Under the pieces are notes generated by a model, which was not told the DNA's origin, made no database searches, and was given only the letters and a program-made list of their open reading frames with translations. 64,000 bases of DNA, from contig NC_081331.1 of the NCBI RefSeq assembly GCF_022539665.2, forward strand, positions 13,392,001 through 13,456,000. Direction: 5' to 3'. The stretch comes from Daphnia carinata (taxonomy: Eukaryota). This document shows, piece by piece, positions 9,283 to 24,200 of this stretch; the first letter of the stretch is position 1; every line of letters starts with the position of its first letter. A program made the position numbers and the translations under genes.

Positions 9283-12200
9283 ATGCCTTTTCTCAGTTGA
9301 ATTTCATTTTCTAGTGTTTCATTTGATCGCAAGTGGAGAAGGCCCAAACGAGATTTGCTTTTTTATTTTCTGTAACACGTCAACCTTTATTTTTTTAGGT
9401 GTTGCCTAAATGGCATAGCGGGGCGTTAAGATGCGGCTGAAAAGTTGGGAAACCTTTGACAACATTAAACAGTGTGCGTCGGGACACGCATGCAGATTTA
9501 CAACCAAACCTTCTATCTTTCTTTTTTTTTTAAATGGATTACTGGGCATCCCCCTCTATGTCTATAATAGCCTTTTCAGAAAAACTTTTTGGCATCTATC
9601 ACGCACTCTTTTTTTTTTCACAATTGAATTAAAGGGGATCACATATACTGGTGTATAGGTGAACTCATTTTTTGATCGTTGTTTTTCAAGTCGAGAACAG
9701 CTTAAGTCCCAACTAACGTGTTTTTTTTTAGAATCGATTTCTTTTCTCAATAAATTATTCACGGATTCTCGGAATGATGTAATTCGATCGCAATGAGATA
9801 ACATTGTGTAGTTCATTCTCGTTACAAACTCGTCATCGTAGAGTTCAAATGTATCCGCATGTTTTTTTAAAGCGAAATCAGCTGATTTGTTTTCAAGGAA
9901 TGCGTATCCGATGACAAAAAGTGCTGCATTCAGTTGATTAGAAACAAGCGTCGAGGGCAAAACTTGAGCTTCTTTTAACAAGACTAACAAGTCAGCGAGT
10001 ACAACGTTATTCATTCTGAAAAATCATTTGTCATTCACGTTTTTTGCCAGCCAATCTCATTTAAAAGGATCTTTCGCATGGCTGGTTTTCCCAATAAAAA
10101 GTACAACCGGAAACTGAGAAGAGCCAACCTGAACGTGTCATCATTGATAGATTTTTTGTTTCTAGGTGTTGAATTTTCTTTAAAAAAAAAAAAATAGCTT
10201 TTTTTTTATTGGCACGACTTGCCAATGGAAACATCACGCAATTGCGGTTACAAGGTGATTGCCCTGCGGATAGAAAACAGATACTGTTACTTGCTGCTGG
10301 GACCGCAGGGCACGTCGCTAAATGGCCGTTTCTTTTTAAAAAGGTAGACTAGTTTTTTAAAAAAAATAAATGATGTATTTCGAAGGCGGGCAAAAACTTA
10401 CAGGGAAAGTGGTGGATGATGGGCGGAAGTCGTTCGTTCTAATCTAAGCGTGCTACCTGGCAACAAGCAAGAGTTATGGGTGGGAGGTGATGACGGACGA
10501 GGAAAACTTTTGTTTTGAAACTCCCCCCCCCCCCCTCGTTCTATTATATTTAAAACAAGGGGGAATATTCTTTTCGTGATGCAATAATAATAAGTATAAC
10601 GATGCTTCGTTGGACATTTGGTCACTTCCCGGACACACACACACCTGTTTGAAGGTATTGATGCGCGCGTGTATCACCTTCGGCTTTGTGTTTTAAAAAA
10701 TGATTTTTTTTTCAAAGGCTATTTTCTAAAAAATTATTATTTTTTTACGATTGGGATGTATTCAATAACGATGATGGCCATCTTCCTTTCCTCCTCTAGA
10801 GAGAGGGGGGATTTACACGTTTCACACCTGGTGCTCGCTGCTTCAGGTGTGGATCAAAGAGTATCACTGACGTGTTGTCTTCCAGCCGCGAGCGTCCAAT
10901 GGATTGGACTCGCGCGCGCGCGCGGTTGGCAGCTTTTTCTTATTACATTCTTATTGAACATGTTCGCTGTTTATATCTCGAAAAAAACGATGAACCTTTT
11001 TGAAAAAAAATCAGGTGTTATCGATCGCGCCATCTCGCAGGTGTGATAATAAAAGGTGATGGCCAAATTTTTTGTTTTTTAAACGTTTGCATCGACTCGC
11101 TAAAGAAAAAAAAAATGTTGATGCCCTTAAGGATTTAATGTCTCGGATTGCCTCCATCCGGCCAAAGAGAAAAATACACGTTTGTGATGAGAACGTGACA
11201 CCTGCCGATTATTCTAGATTTCCCTCGTTTCAACTGTCACACACAATTGGACGTCATTATGTTACGTTTTTTTTTTTTGAGGAGGGATTTAAACGAGGCG
11301 ACCATGAATGTCGTCATCGGTCAAACTACGGAGAATTTCTTGAATTTCTTGTTTATTTTCAACATCGTGCTGGAACGTTCAAAAGCGGAATGGCTTCTTT
11401 TTATAGGAAAATAAACAAATAAAAAAACATTTTGCAAAGACGTTCCAGAAATCGTGTAGGACGGGCTATTTTCCATACGCTTTAATGTGTTGACAGTTCC
11501 AAAAGGTTTTTTTTTTTTTATTTTAAACTGGAACACAGTTGACGGTAGCAACTTCAAGTAGCTTCAAAATGTGCTGGAACGAATTTTTGTTTTTCCAAAA
11601 TGTCTTACAATTTCCAAAAAAAGAAACATGGCGGCGGCCATCAAGCCGTGTCCACTCTGTCTGGTGCGGCTTGGGAAAAAGAGAGTCATAAAAACCGGCA
11701 CTCGTCTGACGGACCCAACAAGTTCCAAAAAAAAAAAAAACGTATGTTGTGCCTGAAACATTTTTTTTTTCTGTGAAAATGCGTTTTTTTTTTCTTAAAC
11801 TTGTATTGTGTCGGCCTTTTTTACATCCATTTTGAAAGGAGAAAAACTATCGACAAGCCAAATGGAAGATCCTTGGTTAGTTTCGATATTCTTTTAAATC
11901 ATAAGAATAAACGTATTTTAAAAAATGTATCTCTTATGTAACTGTTGCTTCCCCCCTGGTTCTGTCGCTTGAACAAAAAAAAATAATCCCGAAGAGTTTG
12001 ATCCTCTTTCTTACCATCCACGTGTACCATATCGGATTTCCTGCTGCCCATTTTTTTAATGTTCAAGGGGAGCAAATGTTCCAGTGCGGTAACAGCAGCT
12101 CACTATTTCAAACACACACAAAAAAATGGTTCGCATATTTACAGAGGGTTGATGACGATGCCTTCTGGTGGTGACACAACAACTTTCCCCCGAAAGAGGG

Positions 12201-15200
12201 TGTGTTTTGATGCGGCTATCTCCCACCTGTCCGTGACATCCATTGAATTTTCATCTGTGTGTGTATAGAACTTCATATTTTTTTTTTTTTTCAACGATGG
12301 CCATTAAAAGCAAATTCTACTTGATGTTACAAACAGATGATGCACAGCCGCAAGAAAGCCATCCGCACGATATCATATTTTTTTTTGTTGGTACACAGGG
12401 CACGTAACACAGCCCATCTTTCTACCCATTTTGTTGTTGTGCCATTTCAAATAGTTTCTCTAAAAAAAACGTGTGGCGATGGAGAAAACTCATCGACTCA
12501 AAACTGCCGACATCCAAAACGGACATGAGCAATCCAACAAAGGTAGTGTAGGATCACATCTTTTTCTTTTAACTGTTATGCCGTAAAAGAAAATCGCCTT
12601 TGAACTCTTCCAAAAAACAAAAATGGACGTTTCTCTTTAACGGTTTTTTTTTTCTTCATGATTTCAGTATTATTGAGAATATCCCTTTTTCTTTATTATT
12701 ATTAGAAATATAAAAGTATGCGCCATGTCGTTTATTGTAATCGGACACTGTTCCAGGTGGTGGTGGTGGTGTACAGTGGCCAAATCATTTCCAGTGGGGG
12801 TCTGCGTTTTTAGAGGCAATGGTGAGGAAAAAGAGAGGGGGACTGATTTTTAACCATTTCAAAGCCAAATGTGGCTGACATTAAACGTTCGATTGACCCT
12901 CTATGACCTTTCGTCCTATTTTTTATGTGGTAGTTTTTAACTCGATTCAGCCATGCATATCCCTTTTTTTTTTGTGCACAATAAACGAAACCCCCCTTCT
13001 TTTTTGAAAAAATGGGGGGATTGGCTATTATCATATTCTGCTTCTTGTTGTAAAACGGGTTCAACATTCCGTGTCACAATAAGTCACGCTCTTCTATTGC
13101 CATTATTGATAGCGGAATGCATTCAAATGGGTTTTTGAAAAAAAAAAAAAAATGTTCCAGTTGCCTCTTTTTGAACCAAAATGCCGCTGATCCCTAAGCG
13201 ACCCTTTGCCAATTCCGGGGAAACAAATTAAATTCTACAAGTGGCGCGAGCTTTAAAACAATTATTTTTAAAACCCACCTAGCGAATGTATGCGATATTA
13301 ATAATGCGCAAAGGGAATGATTTTTCAATGTGATTCATCCGATGTTTCATAGCGTCACATGAGGTACTCGAAAAAAGAGAGAGAGGGGAATATATAAAAG
13401 AATGTTCTCTATTTTTAATACGACCATTAAATATTATATAAGGGTTTTCCTTTTTTATTCGACACCCTTCAGCCTTTCCATATCGGCGATATATTGCAGC
13501 CGCAGCCGTTGTTTGATGATCGTTTGGCATTTTGTCGCTCAATATCAAAAACGCGTATTGAAAAAAGAAAAATGAATATTAAAAAAGAAATCAAAGTTAT
13601 AAGCTAAAAATGTATTTATATTCTCAAAAATATTTGTTAAAATGAAGAGGGGGGAAACAACTTAAAAGGGAGGACATTGGTCTCCGATATGAAGGTATAC
13701 TCCCATCGTGACTGAGCGGAATGCGTTCTTCCATCAAGTTGATTGCTCTATTCAAAAAAAAAAATAAAAAAAAAAACTGTATCTCTCAACAGTTAAAGTG
13801 AACATTTTCCCCCCTCCATAAGAGCTTAGTCTTAATCGTTTTGTGCACGGGATTGACGTCCTGCGTGTGTGTCCATCCTCGAGGTCCCGTTTGAAATAGA
13901 AAAAAAGATGGAAGGGGATTAAATAAGTCAATTTTCTTACCCTTTTATTTTGTAATAGCGCAATATAGCCCTCGGGGTTCGAAATTTATTTATTATACGC
14001 ACCTCGTATATGAAAAAAAAAAAAAAAATGTTTTGTGGAAACAATTGCCGCCAGTTGACGAGGGGAGGTCGTTTATTTGTCGGCGAGTTTTCGAAATTGG
14101 ACCGAAGATGTTTTGATCCGCGCGCCGCGATTTTAGCGGCTCCGTGTCAAATGTTAACGACATGTCGGGCGGTCTGCTTGTATATTCGCCGCCAGGTCCC
14201 ACCAAACGAGACCCTTGAGAAAAAGACGTGCTCATCAGCCGAAGGAGCAACTTCTGTTCCAGCAGCAATAGACGCATTAAGGGCTTTATAGGGTTGTCTA
14301 GTTTCGAGTGCGTCCCATTTTCATGGAGGGGGGGAATAGAAAAAAAAAAACTGGTTCCCAATTTCTTAGTTTCGAACTTGTTGGTCCTATAGACAATTCA
14401 ATTTCGTTTGGCCGTTAGGCTGGCCTTAAACGTATGGAACAGTAGCATTTATATAGTTGTCTGTCTTTTGGATAAATAAAAATGGCAGACTTTTGTGATG
14501 GCAATGGCTTGATGGCCTGGACAACCGTCTCGCCATTTCGCATTGTTCGGCCTTAAAAATTAGCGAGTTTATTCCCTCATTTTTTTTTTTTTTTAAACAT
14601 TTAAGTTTTGGGGATCTGTGCGCATTCGAAGAAAACTGGCAATGGAATTTGAAGTGGAATGTGTCCCGGCTCGCGCCAAAATACAATGTCCATTTTCCTG
14701 GAACATTTTTTGGGCTTTTCAGAGTGTTCAAGAAACGACGCGCGGCCAGCTGGACCATTTCAACACAACTAGAATGCGTATCGTGTTTATTAAATTGACG
14801 ATTGGATTCGGTTGCGCTTTAATTTCCTTTTTTTGTATCCTCCTTCCAATTCGATCCGCTTCCCTTTTTCTTCCTGGAGTCTCTTGAAAAACATTTCAGC
14901 AAAAGATGTTTGAGTTTATTTAGATGTATTATGTACACTGTCAGACACGTTGGCTTTCTTTTTACTTCCCACACGCAAAAGCTCAGCGTATCATTTCCAA
15001 AAAAATGTTGTTGAAACTTGGGAATTTTTGATTTTCGCGCGCTGATAGGCTGTGACGAATCGCATCGCTCTGCTGCACCTTGTTTGAATTCCAAGTTCTC
15101 TTTTATAAATTTTGAAAAGTCATTGGAGAATTTTATTCCGACTGGCTATTGAATCATACTGATGCTTTTCAAATATAGATGCGTTACAACTAGTGTCATC

Positions 15201-18200
15201 ATGAATGCAAATATCCCCCCAAAAAAAAGAGTAAGGGGGGTGACCAATGCTGACACATTGATAGCCCCATATTTACGGCTTCTCCACAAGCGACCCCGCC
15301 CTTAACGTTATAACTACAAGTCGGGATATATAGGCCTGCAGTATGTTACGTTTTTATTTGAGCTCTATTCGCCCCCTCTCTTTCTAGTATATTTGTACAA
15401 AAGTTCCAAGCCACCATATGTCGACAGCAGCAAGGAGATGCCACCCTCTCGTTGTTCCATGCGCGCATTCGAAAAACAGTAGACACACATCAGCCGAAAA
15501 ACAGTCAATAAACAGGCTAACTACTATAGAGCCCTACTCTATTCATGATGGTCCAGTCTAAATAAAACTTTTTTTTGAAACAAAAAATAGAGGACATATG
15601 TTTGAATCGTGCCGCCTTCCCGCTTTCTATTTGGCATGACGAAAACAAGAGAAAATGAAATCGATAAGAGACTATAGTCTCTTTTGTTTTGAACTAGCAA
15701 AGACATTTCGAGTATGGGAACATCAAAGAAATAAGGTACACGCGTATACCCAAAAGTTTATAATTAGACGGGCAACGATCCATTTTGAAAAGGACGGGGG
15801 TTTTATCGCTGGACATGCTAGAGAGCAATGTTAATCATAATTCTTGTTCTATTTCTTTTTACATGTGCACGATATAAGAGCATAGCCAATGAAACAGCCA
15901 AGCAGAAAAGTACATAAGAAACAAACTTGTGATGTGGATCAAGAAAGTATACGTCTCTTCAATAAAGTTATACGTACATCTATAATCTCAGGGATTATAG
16001 ATATGAGCATCCCCCCGTTAAGTCGTCCGACTGGGCAAAAAGAAAAATGCATTCGATATATTGAACACAGCGATGAATCGACACTTTCTCCAGCTCGTAT
16101 TCGGCACACAGACGGACCAAACTTGTTCTCCAATCGGCCGGTAATATAGACCCTAGAGACGGGCAGAAATATATAAAGAGACGTGGTCGTGACACACACA
16201 CACACAGCCAAAGAATAGACGCAGAGCTCGTTGGGTTTTTATAACAAGACGGGCACATCCGTACGTGAGTACGTGGACAAGAGGGAAACAACCTCAAAAA
16301 AAAAGTTGCAAGAGAAGTTGATGGGTTACGCTCCCTTTTTTTTTCGTGTGTGTGTTCCAGGGGATCTGGTGAAGGCAAAGTCCTACACAAGAGAATGGCA
16401 CAATTGCCATGTCACTTTTCTTTTTTTTTTTTGATGGGGGGGAGAAAATCGTGCGGGATTAATCAACGTCAGGCTATTTCGGGCCGGCACACGAGTTTCA
16501 TTCCCGTTGTGCGCCGAAAAGCCCAACAGGGACGCACACATGACGAGCTTGTTATACAGAAGATGGTAGACTTTGTGTGTTGACGAAAAGACTTAATCCT
16601 TCACGAGCCCCCCCAACAAAAATATTAAATGCCAAAACCTTTAGTTTAATATTAGTTAAATGTAGAAGAAAATGACAGATATCCACTGGACTGGGGGACT
16701 TCCCCCAACAATTGCTAGTTTTCCTCCCAATTTTTTTTGTTTTTATCAGCTACAGTCCAGCAGGGAGGGGATGTCGGTGGACTTCATCGACAAGATTATT
16801 CTTCATCGGCCGTTTGTCTCCTCTGTAACGACCTCTTATTGTCTCGCTGATTGGCCCCCTCTTTCTTTTCTTCTTCTTCTTCTAGCCAAGGAATCCTTTT
16901 TATAGAAACAAACCCCCCTTCTCCCTGTTCTTTTTTACTAAGGGTCCGTTTGTATGTAGTCCCCCCCTCCCGAACAAAAAATCTGGGCAAAAACACACTC
17001 GTCCACGTCATCAACTTGCGCTAGAAACCGCTTCTTGATGTGTACGTCTCACAACCGGGGGAATCATTAATCAGGCTCATTCTGAATAATAATGAACTTT
17101 ATGTGTGTCTGTGTAAGTCCCTCGGCTTCTTCAGAGGTCCCACTCATTCCGTTTTCGGTCCTCCCCTTTTTATTTTTGAAAAAAAAGGGGGAAAGCGCTC
17201 GTTTGCCGTCCCTTTTCTTTTTCCTCCCCTAACCAAACGATGCGACGTTGTCTCTTGCCGTAATGATGCGCGTGTTACATCCGCACCGGGGTGCCAGTTA
17301 ACATCGCATTAAAAACAGTCCCCCTGCTTTCCTTTGCTTGCACAAAGAATAATAAAATATACTGCCGTTTGTTTCGAGGATGAAACATGAAAATACATTG
17401 GACGTCTGCAAGACATTTTGCGTGGGGAAGGGGGTCAATCCCGCACGAAAAAGTCCTCTTCAAAATTGGCGACAAAATGTTATTAATGACAAAGACAATA
17501 ATTTATAACAAGGTTAATCGAATTAGCGTACCATAAAAAAAAAAAAAACAAGAATCAAATTTTCTATAGCGAATGTAGAAAAAAGAAAAAGCTGGTCGTG
17601 ATTGGGGGTTCCTCTTTTATCCAATACATCCGGACGTGACGCAGTTCCTGTGGCGGATGAATTGGATCCTTGATGATTTTGCAGGGCTCAACCAGGCGAG
17701 ATGATGGGTTATCCAACCGATGATTGGTTTAGATTCCCTGATTACGTTCTCTGTCTGGTCACCCGTCAAAATAATTTTTTTGGGGTACACAGCGTTCCTC
17801 TTCAAATTGCAGTTGTTCCGGTGCACCGGTCTGTGTGATACGCCTTCGAACGAGATACAAACGCCTTCCCTTTTTATTTTTTGTTAACCAACAGTTTATT
17901 TTTTTTTTTTTTCTCCTGATTATTTGTGATGAGAGAAAGCCATCGTCTATAACTCGGATAACACACGCAGCACACATTTGATTTGAAGGGGGGGGGGAGA
18001 GAGAAATAAAAGATATATATATATATATAAGACATATACAGAGAGTAGACCTAAGCCTATTATCGGTTGCGAACGGATATAGAAAATAGAAAGAAGTCCA
18101 GGGGATGAAGGGGGGGGGGGGAAGAAAAAAAATAAGCTTTTTTTTTTATTTTTCGATCGGCTTTTGTTGTCGACGTGTCTATCCGAGCGTCAATCGATAA

Positions 18201-21200
18201 ACTTTGGTCTGGCAAAACGGCTCATCTTTTATTATTATTTTTTTCAAATTTAGCTTTTTCATTTTTGTGTATCGGGGAGGGTGGTCGTTCGCTATATGTG
18301 TACTTGCGTTTTAAAAAATAGATGATCGATCTAGAAGGATTTTTTTTTTTTTAGGAAGAACGTCGTGAACGATTGTACGGACTTTTGCGGACGTCCAGCA
18401 GCGAACGGATCAATCAAAAAAAAAAAAAAAAAAAAGAAATTCTTTTTTTTATTTGTCTTTTTATTTTCCGTAAGTTTTCAATCAAAATAAGAAGCTTTTT
18501 AAAAAAATTTCGTTTTTCTCAATTCGAAATTTGATACGACCATTGAAAGAATATGCTGAGAGATCTCTCTAGAAAAATATTTCAAAGAAAAGTGTAGAGA
18601 GAATGTCAGCTGACTTTGACGTCCGATCGAATTGATCGTCCGAGAACATTAGAATAATCCAATATTCCTTCATCTATTATATATTCCGTTTGTAGTGTCA
18701 TCCCGAGTGTATATACATAAAAACTCCCTGCGGGAACTCTATCAAAACCTCCCCCCCCCCCCCCACTTCAAACGAACCTCCAACGTGAAAAAGAAGGAAA
18801 TCGGACACACAGCAAAAGCAGCAGCTCTTCAACCCACTTGTCCAATGATTTATTCGAATCTAATTCAATTGCACACACACACACACACCAAAAAGCCTCA
18901 TTTTTAAAAAAAAAAAAGGCAGAATAAGTTTCATTGTTGTCCAGCCGATGAAATCTTATGCGATAGTCTTCCAAAAATAAGGTGATGATGTCCATCCAAA
19001 TCATTTGAATATTACCCCTCCTTTTTTTTTTTTTATCTTTCGTGCAAACGATCGTCATGGGGTTTTTCCCCACAACATAAAATTCAAGTTAACATTTGTC
19101 GGCATCGGATAAAGTCCCCCCATTTTTTTTTTATAAAACATATTATTCAAGTCTTTCTGTGCATGTCAACACGTTTCCCCCTACACTTCCTATTTAAATA
19201 TTCTCTTTTACCTTTTTTTTATGCGTGCTGGACCCTTGGCAGACGGTAGATATAGTTGAGCTGGTTACTTCGTGATGTGACAATAGCTGACGAGTGAATC
19301 AAATTGTTAAGAGTACACGTCAGAGCGAGAGGGGGAAACAGCGTCCCTTGGGCGCCATCTTTTTTCCAGCAACCCCCTCACGACAAGTTGAGGGCGTCCG
19401 TCGATGCGAAAACTAGTCGCTTTTGAAAATGACTCGACTTACGAATCGATGACTAATTGAAACCATACCGCCCATTTGGCCCGTCAGGATATATATATAT
19501 ATCTCCTTCCGAGCAAAAGTTGGCCTCATTTGAATATCGAAAGTTTTGCATCCCCCCCGCTTTTGACTTGCGCGAAATTGTGAGTTATTTGCTCCGCTCG
19601 AAATTTCACCGCCCCGCAAGTTTCCACAAATGTGGCCAGAGTTCCAGATGAGCACCGTCGTGGAGAGCGTACAGGCATCCGGCTGGGAAAATCGAAATCC
19701 CGGATAGAAGGGAAATGATGTACAAGTTATGTCAGTCTCAAAACACAGAGTAACGATGGTATAGCAGATGGAACTCATTGTTCCATGAGCCGTCGTAGAT
19801 ATTATGTCATAGGTCTCTCGTTTCTCCTGTGAGAGACGTACAGAAATTACAAACACTTGAATAGAGCGCAAAAATTGCCTGAAGGCAAACGACGTTGTGT
19901 TAAAAAGGGAGGGTTCGGTGGGTGGTTTAGATAACAGATTGCGATGAACTTGGAACGTTTCCATAAAATATTTCCTTTTTCCGGCCTGGAAATGAAAGCG
20001 GATGGAATAAAGAAGAAAAGGGGGGGGGGGGGGGAAGCCGTTTTGGCTATGTGTGCGGTCGAGACAATCCGAGTCGGTGGTCGACCTATGACCCGGAACG
20101 CAGCAGACGCGGGCCAGCTTTTTTCTTTTTTGGGAATGACAACTGCACCGCCCACTCAGCTGGAACAAACTTGGACAGAATAAAAAGACAATCGTTTGCT
20201 CTCAAATCGCGCTAAAAGTCAGAGGAAAAAAAAACAAAACAAGGAAGACAATCATCCGACAAAAAAAAAAAAAAGAAAACTGGAACATGGAACAGAAATT
20301 AATTTTTGCGATCAATGTGCAACCATTTTTGCTTGTCTTAGAAAACAAGAAGATCGACAAGATAGCGTTTTCTTTCTTGGAAATGTTCCAGTTGGAAGCG
20401 ATCAACTGGAACGACATGTTCGCAGACCAACGAGGTTAAGAGTTTTTCTTCTTCTTTTATTAGATAACCTTTCGTTGAAAATCTCAGAAAACTTTTAAGG
20501 ACGACTTTAAAAACAAATTCTGATTGAGATTTGTTGCTGTTATTTGTTTCAGAAGCATCCTGAAAAAAAAAAAAGCAGGGCGTTTTAATTTGTTCCAGAC
20601 TCTTTGCATCGTTCAAGAGGTCGATATCTTTTCTCTCAGCAAGCGTCTTCTATTCTCGTGTTTGAACGTTGGCGCCCCATCAGTTGGAGAAAATGCTGGA
20701 CCACGAAAAGACAGTCCCTTTGGAGGTGCTGTCCCGACGATCAAAAGTGACAGGTCGTCCCCCTGTTCTTCTTTGAAAATAGGCGCCCAAGAAATAAAAC
20801 CATCAGTTTGAAAAATACACACAAATAGAGGCGTGTGTTCCTTCTCTCTTTGTCTCTGTCTACATCTTCTTTCAACATCCACTGCGTGGGGATATTTTTT
20901 AGCCTAAAAGTTAATCAGTTGAAATGGTTTTCTCTGTTTTTTTATTCGTTACGCACACAGTTTTATTTCCTTCCGTTCCCTTCTTCTTTTTTTTTTTTTT
21001 TTGTTTCTCAACATTTTCTTTTGTTTGAACGGGAGTTTCCACTTGTCAGGCAGAACACGCCTGTTGGAACACGCACAGCTCGATTTGTCACCGTCCCTTT
21101 TTTTATTTCTGTACTTAAAAAAAAAAAAAAAGATTCAAAAAGTTTTTTGGAAAAAAATGCGAAGAGAGGGTGGGGGGATTGGGTATGTTGTCCATGTTCC

Positions 21201-24200
21201 TATTCAATCAAAAAAAAAATAATAGGAGAGATTGTTAGACGTGCTTATCGTGTAGAGCGTTCCGGCAGAGGTGTTCCAGTCGGACTGCCACGCCCTGTAT
21301 ACGGCCGACATCAATCAAGAAGACGGGGGAGGGACACACACACATTTTTTTTTTTTGGAACAAACTTGAAAAATCTTCTCCCCCTTTTTTTATTTTTTTT
21401 TTTTATCCATACGCCGCCATGTGTTTCATTCGAATGTCCGGAACCGGGTCTTACATGAAAATTTCGATTTTTCATGCAACGCACAAACTCACGAGAAGGG
21501 AGGGGGAGTGCGCTGAAATTGTTTTATGATGATTAGGTTTTCCCCCTTATTTCGAATTTTTTTGCCTTTTGTTTAACTTTAAAAAGAAAAAAGAGCTGCT
21601 CTTTTGTGTAAATAAAAGCTGCATATTTTGAGGATCGTTGTCCTTTTCCCCCGTTTTAATTTTGTTTATTGACCGAAGAAAGAAGAGAATATTTATCCTA
21701 TAGTCTATAAAAATCCCCTGTGCAACAGAGAACTTTGCTATTTCCAGGACACGGAGAGGGGCTGCGATGTTTAGCTAGATGGATAGTATTGCTCTGCTTA
21801 AAAAACATTAGTACCGCCTGCAAGTCGGGATACGCTTATAGCCTCTGGAACACACCAGTTTTTTTTTTTTTTCAGAGACGCTTACACGTATCTTGTGAAA
21901 GAGACTATGAGACGTTGCTTGATTTCTAACCAACAGCCGCACAAAATGGGGCAACATTCTTTTCTTTCTTTCTTTCTTCCAACTGCTTGGAGAAAGGTTC
22001 AATTTTCGTCACCCACACACGTCACTTCTGGAACAGTTTTTTTCTTTATACAAGCGGAGGAGGGGAACGAACATTGAGTCAGCTATTCAGTAAAAGCAGG
22101 AAGTCGGTAAAGGAAACTGTTATTTCATTTAAAAGACAAGGTAAAAAATCTAAACTTAAAATCATAAATTTTGTATTCGTGTGCCGCCATTTTCTTTGTG
22201 ATTCACAAAAAAAAAAAGGGGGAAATGTGTAACAATATTTTGGGTTGTTATATTATCTGTTCTATTGTACGGCACACATCGAACGTCCTAACTGGATTTC
22301 AAAACTCGAATCTTCTTCTTCGTTCTTTGTTCGGTGGGTGTTCCAGAGACCAAGGCGTTACCGCTGTTTATTGTTATCCTCTCATTCATGAAATTCCATT
22401 CGAATCGAAAATGAATGAGAGGAAATGATGAGTGGGAGGAAAAGGTTTTCCCTTCTCTTTCATTGTTCAATAACTCGAAAAGTCCTAAATAGTTTCAATG
22501 GGCATACACCGTGGCCGGCTGGTCGTCTGGCCGGCACCACACACACACGCTCTCTCTGATGTATCGCGGTAAGTTCCACGGTTCAGAAGGCTCCCCAAAA
22601 AAACATTTCGTTGACTGGTGGTCATATCTGAATAGGTCGACTTATTGTCAGCATCGAAAAATACGAGGGAAATAAATAAAAGAAAAAGAAAAAAAAATCT
22701 TGTCTAGTATTTATACTCGTTGATATGCCCTGTGTGTGTGTGTTCCAGGAGCGACAAGTCCGGTAGCTTTTCTTTTTTGTGCGTGTGAACCATCAGCTGC
22801 GGCTCAACTCATCGTTTTGTTCCACGTGTCACACATAGGACTTTTAAAGGAGAAATAGAGTATAGCTTTTTGAACTCTACCAAGTTCTTTTCAAATTCCC
22901 CCCCCCCCCCCCTTCAGAGGAGCTTTTCTTTTGGTGTGTGCAGCGGTTCCCTCTTTATGCTGCCTATTATTTCCCAATGTCCGGATGATGTGAATCCGCT
23001 GATTTGTGGCTATTTTTTTTTAATATTTTTATCCTTCCCCATTCAGAGAACGTTGATCTTGGAGCGGGGCAGTCAAAGTCAGAGATGCGTTCGTGGGGAG
23101 GATTAACACACACAAAAAAAAAGGTGACCTCTCCAGTTCTCTTGGCCGAAGAAAAAAAAGGTATGAATGCATAAGCAGCTTAAAATGATTAGATTTCATT
23201 TGTTTTCGCGGCTCTCTTCAACCTGCCCGTTAAGCGCGTCAAGTCCCTGTGTGCAAAGAGACACTGACAGACTTTTAAATCATTTCTTTTTTTTTCGAAA
23301 ACGCTTCTGCGTTAAGAAAATAAAATGGCTTGAAAATCATTTTCGACTGCAACGTTATTTCGCAGTTGCTTTAAAAAAAAAAAGCCACGTTTGGTAAGCA
23401 TTGACGTAAGGGGGACAAAACAGCAATAAAAATATGATCCATCGATCAGATAATGACACTAACATTGCGGGTGGTATAATAATACTATACACGGATCGTT
23501 ATAAACGTCTTTTCCCACATACACAGTTTTTGTGGCCATATAAAAAAAAGGAAGAAGACCATCTTTTTTATATATATATATTTTTTTTTGTCTATTGAAT
23601 TGCGATAGAATTCACGATGTTATTCTCCATCGATGTGTACAATGCAAAGTATATCCAATCTTGGTTGTTATTGTCAACCGCGCACGGTTAGCGGTTGACC
23701 GCCAATGCTTCCATGAAGAGAGGGGGTATTCCTTTTGCGAAGGGTCTATACCCCCACAGCGATGTTGTGTGTGTGTGTGTGTGTCTGATCTTTCTTTGTA
23801 TTAAAGACCACACCTGGCTGGGAAATTCATCCTGGGTTTCTGACTTTTTGACGGTACAATACCCATCGGTAGATCCCCCTATTCTATCAGTTCTTTCGGA
23901 AGAATGCCAAAAACTCTACGGGAGGTTTCGGTTGTGTACTGGAACAAAGAAGAAGAAGAAGAAGAAGCGAAAAACGTTTTTGAGAAAAAAAATTTTTTCC
24001 CGTAAAGATCACAACAAACTCGAAACATTTTCAGCTGCTTCTTCTTCTTTTTTTGCTATTGTTCAATGTCGCAGTTTGTGTTCCAGTTTTCTCAATGGCA
24101 AACAAGGGACGAGAGACACGTACATTTGTAGAAGAGGACGGGTTGCGAGAGAGATCGATTGTTGCTTGTCTACTGACTTCCTTTTTCTGTATAAACAATT

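Noticed and set aside
15666..15683. Perfect 18-bp palindrome AAGAGACTATAGTCTCTT
   Set aside because: One palindrome of this length is not improbable in 64 kb of AT-rich DNA; no supporting context.
19413..20168. 251-aa minus-strand ORF
   Set aside because: Reads through homopolymers, has no codon bias or recognisable motif, and starts at a non-ATG codon.
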